Below are positions 26,873 through 36,670 of a stretch of 64,000 nucleotides of DNA, in pieces. Numbering within the stretch: position 1 is the first letter of the stretch; each line of letters starts with the position of its first letter. The DNA comes from Geosiphon pyriformis uo1 (taxonomy: Eukaryota > Fungi > Glomeromycota). The stretch spans positions 91,592 through 155,591 of the forward strand of contig JAAOMT010000269.1 of NCBI GenBank assembly GCA_016748015.1. The letters are read 5' to 3'. A model generated the notes under the pieces. The model had not been told where the DNA came from, made no database searches, and saw only the letters and a program-made list of their open reading frames with translations. The translations under genes and the position numbers were made by a program.

Positions 26873-27529
26873 NNNNNNNNNNNNNNNNNNNNNNNNNNNN
26901 NNNNNNNNNNNNNNNNNNNNNNNNNNNNNNNNNNNNNNNNNNNNNNNNNNNNNNNNNNNNNNNNNNNNNNNNNNNNNNNNNNNNNNNNNNNNNNNNNNNN
27001 NNNNNNNNNNNNNNNNNNNNNNNNNNNNNNNNNNNNNNNNNNNNNNNNNNNNNNNNNNNNNNNNNNNNNNNNNNNNNNNNNNNNNNNNNNNNNNNNNNNN
27101 NNNNNNNNNNNNNNNNNNNNNNNNNNNNNNNNNNNNNNNNNNNNNNNNNNNNNNNNNNNNNNNNNNNNNNNNNNNNNNNNNNNNNNNNNNNNNNNNNNNN
27201 NNNNNNNNNNNNNNNNNNNNNNNNNNNNNNNNNNNNNNNNNNNNNNNNNNNNNNNNNNNNNNNNNNNNNNNNNNNNNNNNNNNNNNNNNNNNNNNNNNNN
27301 NNNNNNNNNNNNNNNNNNNNNNNNNNNNNNNNNNNNNNNNNNNNNNNNNNNNNNNNNNNNNNNNNNNNNNNNNNNNNNNNNNNNNNNNNNNNNNNNNNNN
27401 NNNNNNNNNNNNNNNNNNNNNNNNNNNNNNNNNNNNNNNNNNNNNNNNNNNNNNNNNNNNNNNNNNNNNNNNNNNNNNNNNNNNNNNNNNNNNNNNNNNN
27501 NNNNNNNNNNNNNNNNNNNNNNNNNNNNN
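26873..27529. other. Assembly gap (others at 28437, 28574, 30712, 31681, 32209, 33175)
   Basis: N runs. Confidence 0.99.
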
Positions 27530-28930
27530 TATGATCTGTCATAATCTCAAAGGGTTGGTACCGTAAATATGTGTCAAAGTGAACACAACTCCAGACTACT
27601 GCTAAGCATTCAAGTTCATGTGCTGCGTAGTTTTGTTCTGCTGTACTGAGACTTCTGCTGGCATAAGCGATTACACGTTCTCTTCCATTATCATCTTTTT
27701 GTGACAGAATGGCTCCAAGTCCAGTTCCAGAGGCATCTGTGGCCAAAATGAATTTCTTGTTGAAATTCAGATAGATCATTATTGGTGATTCAATGAGCTT
27801 TTGTCTAAGGTACTCAAAAGCTTTTTGTTGTGCTTCAGTCCATTCAAACTTCACATTTTTAGATAGTAGATAATTAAGGGGTTTGGTGATGTTTGAAAAG
27901 TTTTCTACAAAGCGGCGGTAATAAGATGCGAGTCCTAAAAAGCTTCTAACTTCTGAAACATTTCGAGGTACTGGAAAATTTTTCACTTTGTCTATTTTTG
28001 ATGGATCTGGTTTTATTCCATCTTTTCCAACTACGTGTCCTAAAAATGCTAGCTCATTTTTTCCAAAGAAACATTTTTCTAGATTTAGTTTAAGTCCAGC
28101 ATGTCTCAATCTCTCAAAAACTTGTTGTAAATGTTGGAGATGATCCGTGAATTTTGACGAGAAAACATTTGTATCATCCAAGTAGACAACAACGGATTGC
28201 CACAGGATTCCAGAGTAAATTACGTCCATTAATCTTTGGAATGTCGCAGGAGCATTTGTTAATCCAAATGGTATTACATTGAACTCATAATTGCCATTTT
28301 GTGTTGTGAATGCTGTTTTATGCCTGTTCTTTGGGTCCATTTCCACTTGCCAGTACTCACTGGTCAAGTCCAGTGTAGAAAACCATTTTGCTCCTCCAAA
28401 AACGTCGAAGATTTCGTCAATTAATGGTATTGGGTANNNNNNNNNNNNNNNNNNNNTCTTTTTCATTTCTTTTTGATTTTTAAATGTTTCTTGGGATATT
28501 TAATTTGAAAGTATGATTTAAAGTGGAGTTTGTTGGATAAAATTGGATCTGTTGCTTGATAAGTTATGATTCTNNNNNNNNNNNNNNNNNNNNAGTCTTT
28601 GGTTGTTTTGCTGTTTAGTTTGCGATAGTCGATGCAAAATCTAATTTTTCCGTTCTTTTTCCTTACTAAAACAACTGGTGAAGACCATGGGCTTATTGAT
28701 GGTTGTATTATTCCTTTTTCCAACATGCTTTGGACTTCTTCTCTGATAAAATTATGCTCCATTAGTGGGACACGGTAAGCGCGTTGTTTTTCAGGTCTGG
28801 CGTCTCCAGTGGGGATTTGGTGTTGAACCAAGTTGGTTCTTCCAAATTCGCCATTTCTTGAAAATATATCAGAGTATTTTAAAATTAATGCTTTTAATTG
28901 TCGCTGTTGGTCGGGATCCATTGTTCCAAT
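27530..28930 (-). CDS. Gypsy B reverse transcriptase and RNase H (interrupted by gaps and an LTR fragment at 28457-28520)
   Basis: SPWSSPVVLVRKKNGKIRFCIDYRKLN; PFGLTNAPATFQR; YLDD; ATDASGTGLGAIL; NYAAHELECLA. Confidence 0.93.
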
Positions 28931-29362
28931 GTTTAATTTGGCCAATTCTTCTGGCGTAAATTGATAGCATTCTACCGGTTGTTGCCAATTTATTGAAGTG
29001 AGTTCACAGTAGAGGGCGATTTCTGGGAAATTTAGAATTTCTTGTGGTGTTGACGCGTTTTCTAGCTCCATTCCGAGGTATCCAATGATGGTATCTTCCG
29101 GAATGTAGACGGGTTCTTCTGTGGTGTTTGCGATAGGAATTTTTATCCATTGAGCTTTATCAGCTGGAATAAAAAGGTTAGTAAGTCCTATGAGAAACTG
29201 TTGGCAAGTTTCTGGGTAGGGCTCAAATATTAGGTCTTTTTCTTTAATTGTCCTTTTTATTCTTATTTCTGATTTTCCATATGGTAGGAGTGTGATAGAC
29301 TGCTCATTTTTAATTACTTCGCCTTTTTCCCCTATTGTTTCAGCGAAATTCACTTCAATTCC

Positions 29363-29790
29363 TTTTCCTGTCGATCCGAAACCAAAAGTTCCTCTCGTTG
29401 TTTGTGACAATTCCTCACGATTTTCCATTGACACGAATTTCCCAATTTTTACCAATGGTAGGAAAATTGCTTGTGCAATCTTTTCCTTAGATTCAATGGT
29501 ATAAGGCTTTTCTGAATTGTTCTGTAGCAAAACCATCAAATTTCCAGTGTATCCAGAGTCAATTACTCCTCCTTGAACGCTTATTCCTTTTTTCGCGAGG
29601 CTTGATCGCGACGCCATTTGAACCATTATTCCTGGCGGAATTTCAACCGCTATTTTTAGATCGATTTTGGTGATGCTCCTGGGTGGTAACGTTATGGATT
29701 GGTCTTCCAGATAACGTAGATCGAATCCGGCGTCGGTTAGATGGGCTCTTTCGGGTATTATTCCTAAGTGCCCGTTGTCGAAGTATCGGA
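29363..29790 (-). CDS. dut: dUTPase domain in gypsy B Pol
   Basis: All five trimeric dUTPase motifs: AGFDL, SRSSLA, GGVIDSGYTG, KIAQ, RGTFGFGSTG. Confidence 0.93.
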
Positions 29791-29905
29791 TGTTGGTCAC
29801 CTGTTCTAGGTCAGTATAGGCTACAAATTTTTCTGACTCGGGACCGTCAGGTGAGTTTTGTTGATTTATTGATTGATTTTGAGACTGCTGATTCTCAATT
29901 TCCAT

Positions 29906-30711
29906 TTTTTTTTCTAAGTCCCTTTCGTCTTGACACTCTTCACAGCACTGACTTTGGCACGGGATGAGACAGTTTTCGCAGAGGTAAGTGTTGATTTGGG
30001 CGAGGTATTGTTCTTGCTCTTGTCGAGTGAAGCATAGTTGTTAGTAGTAGTCCTGGAATTCATCCACTGGGTCGAACATGTTGTAGCTGGCGACTTCGTT
30101 GGCTACTTCGGCTGACTCTTTCCAATGTCGTATTTCTTCGGTGGTTCCTCCTCTTACTTTGGCTTGTGCGGTGTTGTACAACTCATCCTCGTCGTGTGGG
30201 TAGTGCTGTAGTCTTTTTAACGCTCTGTTGAACGCTGCTTCGAATGGCATTCCTCCTCTTACCCAGTCACAGATGAGGATCATGTATTGGCAAGTTGCAT
30301 CACACGTTCCTCCTCTGCCTGGTAAGTCGTTCCAGTCGCACCCTCTTGGTAATGGTTCTCCACAAGCGAGGCACGGTTCCTCGTCCCATTTTCTGTGTCT
30401 TTTTGGGTAACCGTATTTTTCTTTGTTACAATGGTTACAATAGTAGTGGGTAGGGTTTCTTGGGTTTTCGTCCAGTGCGCTGCACGCAGTCATAGACGAG
30501 AGTTTCTTCTTGCAAACCGAGCATTCTAGCTTTGGTCTGCATCGCTGGTGGTTTCTTCATGAACTTACCTGGTTCCATTCGGATCTTTCTTCGCTGGTCC
30601 ACATTGGTACGGCTGGTAGTCCTGTTCTTTGGTCATCAGCCCAAGAGAGCTGATAGGTTTCGATGGCTGGTAGTGCTGGATTTTCCTCAAATTCGAAGGT
30701 AGGTCTTTGGT
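29906..30711 (-). other. Cys-rich unknown domain of gypsy B polyprotein (two in-frame stops, at 30557 and 30041)
   Basis: Same frame as the dUTPase/RT ORF; CSVC, CNHC, CLAC, CDATC, CENC, CCEEC. Confidence 0.7.
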
Positions 30712-30731
30712 NNNNNNNNNNNNNNNNNNNN

Positions 30732-33100
30732 TGAAACCCAGTTGGTTTACTAGTTGAAGCGTTACGATGCTTCCAGCAGATCCGCTGTCTAAGATAAGTT
30801 TGATTGGAGTATTGTTTACAGTGGCTTCCGTATACATAGCAGTGATTGGGCATTTTTCGTCCAATGCTGCTCCACTGAACATAGCCTCGTTTTTCTCTAA
30901 TTCAAAAGGAAAAATAGCTGCGAGGCTGCTATCTTCGGTGGCAACTGCTGGTGGTATTGTCTGGCTCAATTTGGAGGAATTCTTGGTTCTGTTTATGTTT
31001 CTACCGTCATTGTTTCCGATGATCAGGTTTTTCGGTATATTAAGATAAGTTTGTTGATAATTTTGGTAGTTTGGATTGGTTTGCTGATTGGTTCTGGCGC
31101 GGTTTGGATTCCTCTGGACCAATGCGTTCTGGTTCCACATGGGCTGATTTCGGGCCTCGGGACGCCAATTCGGGTTGGCTATCATGGGCTGTTGCTGGTA
31201 AGCTTCTTGATTTTGATACGTGGTGGGATATTGGCGTGGTATTGGCGTGTACTGGTTTCTGAGCATTTGGGGTGGCGCGTAGTAATTATTTTCGCGTGCT
31301 TCTTGCATCATTCGCATTCGACATTGACTAATCAAATGTCCTATGCGTTTGCAAAAATGGCAGGCGCGTGTTTCTGTTCTGAATTCCTGGCGCGATGGGC
31401 GATTATTTCAACTGTTACTGACTTCCTGGCTGCGTCTTTGGGGTGGTTGGTATGTATTTTTTCTCGGATTCGGGATGAGGTAACTTTCTATTTTCTTAGA
31501 GAGTTCCTCCCCTAATCGCGTTACTCTTTTCTCTAATGTTTCTGTCTTATTTTCCTTCATTACCATGTTAACCATTTGACTATAGTTAGCTTCTTTCTCA
31601 GCCGATTCAAGGGCTCTGGCGAGCGTAACGGCTTCTGGTAAGGAATTAGGGTGGGCAGGGCATACTCTTCCTAAAATGCTNNNNNNNNNNNNNNNNNNNN
31701 CTGGAATTTTGGCCTGGTGGCCATTATAATTGATCAAAAGCTCTTGGGTGGTCCAGTCTAGGGTGGCATTGGCTTTTGTTAGCCAGTCATTCCCTATTAA
31801 CGCTTGATATTGTGTAGCGTCCATTACTAATACTTTTATAGGTATTACTATGCCATTAATTTCGAAAGGGAATGAGTCGATTTCGCCATAAGGCAGCTTT
31901 GTACTTCCATCGGCTGTTATAATTTGGGATGTCGCAGCACGATCAACTTTGAAACCCAGTTGGTTTACTAGTTGAAGCGTTACGATGCTTCCAGCAGATC
32001 CGCTGTCTAAGATAAGTTTGATTGGAGTATTGTTTACAGTGGCTTCCGTATACATAGCAGTGATTGGGCATTTTTCGTCCAATGCTGCTCCACTGAACAT
32101 AGCCTCGTTTTTCTCTAATTCAAAAGGAAAAATAGCTGCGAGGCTGCTATCTTCGGTGGCAACTGCTGGTGGTATTGTCTGGCTCAATTTGGAGGAATTC
32201 TTGGTTCTNNNNNNNNNNNNNNNNNNNNTCTTTCTCAGCCGATTCAAGGGCTCTGGCGAGCGTAACGGCTTCTGGTAAGGAATTAGGGTGGGCAGGGCAT
32301 ACTCTTCCTAAAATGCTGCTTTTTTAATCCTCTAATAAACTGATTTAAAACCTGAGGATCAGTGTAGTATCCTTGTTCAATCGCTTCAATCTGACGGCGA
32401 ATTCGATTGAATTAAGCAAGGTATTGGGTGACAATTTCACTGGTATTTTGCTTGATAGTATTGAATTCATTCTGTAGTTGGATTACGGCGTTTGGGTCGC
32501 TAAAATACTCCAGGAGTGCATTTTTAAATTCAGCAAAGCTTGTGGGTTTTGTTTCCAGGCTTTGATACCACAAGTCGGCTGTGCCTTTCAGGAAGAAAGA
32601 TAATGTTTGAATTGCTCTTTGGTCATTCCAGTTATTTGCCTGGATGGCTTTTTGTGCTTCTCTGAGCCATGTGTGCACGTCCGTTTCTTCTTCCTCTCCT
32701 GAGAAATCTGTTAGTCTTGTAATGTATGGTGTGGTCATTTTGTTGCCGTTTTCTGTTGGTGGGTTTATTGGTCTAAGAGGAGGTGGGATGATATTTCCTT
32801 GAGCGTTCCTAAAGGTGGCTTCCCTTATATTCGGTTCTTCCTCTTGATCACGAGTTTCTTGGTTTCTGGACTGGCTGCTTGTTCCAGTGACTGGTCTTGT
32901 GATTGTTTTTTCGCTGGTCTCTTTTTCGGATTCTGATTCAGACTCCTCTTCACGGTTTTCAAACCCCATTCTAAATTTTGACTGAAAAAGAGGGTTTTGG
33001 AATAGTGATGAATATCTTCCTGTAATTGGTATGTCTCCCCAGTTACGTTGTTTAATTTTATCAATATAACTAGGAGTTTTTGGCGTTTGTGGAGTTGATG
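30732..33100 (-). pseudogene. Gypsy B gag (capsid, CCHC knuckle) and aspartic protease; scrambled or duplicated in assembly
   Basis: FSGEEEETDVHTWLREAQKAIQANNW...QFIRGL; CHFCKRIGHLISQC (~31320-31365); LILDSGSAGS...ALIGNDWL. Confidence 0.85.
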
Positions 33101-35322
33101 TTGATGATGATGCAGCTCCTAATGGAATTTGTATCTTATTTTCTGGTGAAAAATGGTATAATTTATCTTCTGGTNNNNNNNNNNNNNNNNNNNNNNNNNN
33201 NNNNNNNNNNNNNNNNNNNNNNNNNNNNNNNNNNNNNNNNNNNNNNNNNNNNNNNNNNNNNNNNNNNNNNNNNNNNNNNNNNNNNNNNNNNNNNNNNNNN
33301 NNNNNNNNNNNNNNNNNNNNNNNNNNNNNNNNNNNNNNNNNNNNNNNNNNNNNNNNNNNNNNNNNNNNNNNNNNNNNNNNNNNNNNNNNNNNNNNNNNNN
33401 NNNNNNNNNNNNNNNNNNNNNCTATCCTTGCAATTGCCTGATGTGTTTCTCTAATCTAGAAACACAGAATGTTAATGGTCTTTAGCGCTTTTCTAATTCT
33501 CACAATAAAGCTTTTATCAATTAGTAACAACGTGAATAATCTTGATCAAGGATTATTCTTTCAAGGGATTCAGTTGATGAATGATAGTTTCATTCAATAA
33601 ATAATACAAGTAAGTTTCTTAATACTTTGGGTTGTGATAGTTCCGTTTTAAATATTCTTTTTCATTTCTTTTTGATTTTTAAAGGTTTCTTGGGATATTT
33701 AATTTGAAAGTATGATTTGATAAGTTATGATTTTTATTACTTGATTGATCTTTTCTCAATATTAAAACTACTGTATATATACATGTTTGTAGTTCTACGA
33801 GAAAATACTTTCTTTTTGATATTTCAACCTAGTGCTTGCTGCTATCACCAGTTGGTGTTGGCTGCTATTGTAAACTGGTGCTTGCCACTATCGCAAGATG
33901 GTGTTTGCTGCTATGTTAATCATTACCTTTCTAAGATTATTACTGTGCTATATTATGATTGAATAGTTTGTATTATTTTTATGATTCTTTTTGCTAAATT
34001 CTTAAACTGTAACAGCATGTATTGACAAAACCACAAATTGAACATTTTTGAGAACACCAATTTTTTTCTTGTCTATTTTTTCATAATTTTATTTATCTTA
34101 ATTTTTACCTTATTGGGTTCAACCACCAACTTATTTTTCACTACTAAGTAGTCCAAAACAATCTTGTGAAATGAGCATTCCAAAATGTTTTTTATTATCT
34201 ACCCCTTGTCAGAACAGAAATTTTTTATTCAATAGTTAATTGCCTTCCTAATAGCTGTATTTTCAAATGCCTTAAACTCATAATACTTTGATTTTTGATA
34301 TTTTTTCCTCACTAATAACAAATGTTTGACCAAATCATTAAATCCATACTATCTAAAACTATGTTAGCAATCTTAGACATTTTAACTTTATTAATAATCA
34401 ACCAAATTCCAACAAAATGATCAAAATCCAGAAGATTTCTAAAATTTCAAACTTTTACAATTTTAGCAACAAGCAGCTCCAATTTGAAGAATTTTGAAGA
34501 TTGTCTGTTTTTTGAACAATTATATATACTATAGTATTGTTTAAAAAACACCAAATTAGCAGCTTGTATCATGACATTTTTTAATACCATCTATATTATA
34601 TTTAAGTTACTAGTGTTATATGTATTCCCAAACATATTTGACATTACTAACAACTTAATAGAAGACTGCTTTTTAAAATATAATCATAAAACTTTATCTG
34701 TATTTTCCAACTTGAACTTTTATTGGTTCTAATTGGCAAATTTACAAGTGCTGGCAAAATAAGTGTTTAAAAGACCACCCAAACCAATTATGATTGAAAC
34801 CATCTTATGATCTATATCAAAAAACTATAATAGATAATCAATTTTATGGTATGTAATTGGAAATGCCAGGTTTCTGCTTACAAAAACAAAATCCAACACT
34901 TTTTCAACTTCTTTAGAATTGTACCAAGTAGAAGCTTTGGTTAATAGATGTCTATTGAAAGTATTAACTAAACTCAGATCCAAACAGAACCTAAAACTTG
35001 CATTTCTTTTGGATCTATTTTTATTAAAGTCACCACCTAAAACCATAAAAAAACTAAAATTAACCACTTCAGAGATTATTAAATTAATACCAAAAGCTTG
35101 GCTAAAATGTATATCAACAAATATCCCAGCATACAAGCCTAAAATTGTAACCAAAAGCTTATTTTTTAATAGAAAACATACAAAAATCAACCAACCCAAA
35201 ATCTTATCTACTTTTAAGACATGTTAAGCCAAAAAATTGTTCATAATTATAACAATTCTAGTGTCAAAAAAACCTACATCCAAACCAAAAGTGAAAATCC
35301 AAATTCCATTAAACTTATTTAT

Positions 35323-36002
35323 TGTTATGAGTTGAAGTAACAAGCTAACAAATAGCAAGGAAGAACAAAATTGTAGAATAATGAAAAGAATCAAAGGGAA
35401 TTCAACTTCAAAAAGTGAATTGAATAAGTATGGATTCAATGTGTAAAATCAGTCTCATAAAATATCTTAGTCATTATACTTTTCAAAAAATAATCAGAAA
35501 ATCTGAAGGTAGAAAAATAGTCCATACTGTTAACAAATGATCACATACTGGTATAATTCTATGCCTTATGTCAGCACTCTTAGAATTTAATATCAAGTAT
35601 CAGATATACTTTTCAGTCATGTTTTATTCAATAATCTTTAAATGTTCCAATTACACATTTTAAGAAAAGAATAAGGAATAACCAACAAGTAATCTTTTAT
35701 TCCAAGATGTTCAGATACTTAAAGATAGGGAAAGAGAAATTAGTAATAAGAGAATGATTGAGATAAAAGTTGTTATTTTATTTCTTTTTTTTCTTTAATT
35801 CTTACATTGATTTTTACATGCTTTTTTACAGCTAAAAGATTCATCACTTATATAGCTATCAAAAATAGTCAATGATTAGATTAATGACTAGGTCAATAAT
35901 CAGGTCAATAATCACTTTCTAAAAATAAAGTGGCTAATTTATATGATATCAGTGGCTAATACATGTAATAATTAATAAGAAGTATAGGTTTCAACTGTAA
36001 TA
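35323..36002 (-). repeat. 3' LTR of A2
   Basis: Direct repeat of 42293-42972. Confidence 0.9.
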
Positions 36003-36670
36003 TCATCCTCTCCAAAGAGATTGAGCTCCAGTAAAATCAAGCTATTCATGATGTAATCTATTTGATGAGTTTTATCTAACTTAAAACTAACTAGTTTGTT
36101 GAAGTCTTTTGTGGATAAGGTATATAACACTTGAGACAAAATAAGTTTTGTATTCAAAAGACCAAATTTTTGTATTAGAGTTTTGGCTCTTTTAGCAATA
36201 ATAAAAACTCTTGGGACATCTAACTGTATAATGCTCAAAATTTCTGTCTGTATCTCTGAAGTTGTTTTTTTTATGAGTTTCATATCCTCTATGATTTCTC
36301 TAAGGTAACCATAGAGTTCTAATTGTCTTCTATATAACAAGTTTTTGTCTATAAACAATATTTTTTAGATTGTTTTTTCAATTGTGCTAGAAGATAAGAG
36401 TATAACTGTTGTCATACTTTCCAACAAATATTTATTCATTTTGCTACTAATTTTTTTTCTTCTGATAGTAGTTTTTTTTGGTTTAATAACAGTATGTGTT
36501 CTACTATTATCAGTTATGGTGGTCTGTTTTCCAATGGTCAGAGTAGCATTTGGATAGTTTTTGATCTAATATTCATAGAGAGTATAGAAAGTGTTTTGAA
36601 TGTTTTGATCTAGAAAATAATTATTCATGTCAATTAAAGATACCTCTGTTTTGGGAATAGTGCATTTATT
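35972..36670 (-). pseudogene. Additional ORF (ORF3) of gypsy A, downstream of integrase
   Basis: One frame of ~230 codons with two premature stops, ending in ORF 35972-36358; homologous DNA at 13830-14400 in A1. Confidence 0.6.

Larger units (their letters stand above)
26539..34014 (-). mobile_element. Ty3/gypsy LTR retrotransposon family B (young, dUTPase-bearing; gapped assembly)
   Basis: TGTTAC...GTAACA termini; TSD GCAT (26535, 34015); LTR segments 26775-26872 and 33422-33519 differ at one CpG site; gag, CCHC knuckle, protease, dUTPase, RT and RNase H visible. Confidence 0.92.

Noticed and set aside
26822-27544. 240-aa ORF (likewise 33080-33454)
   Set aside because: Artefact of translating N runs
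29363-29790. dUTPase as host DUT1 or a bacterial contaminant
   Set aside because: Intronless, in frame with gypsy RT, inside LTR/TSD boundaries
30732-30989. Apparent second protease in gypsy B
   Set aside because: Identical to ~31950-32208 and starts at a 20-N gap; most likely an assembly duplicate
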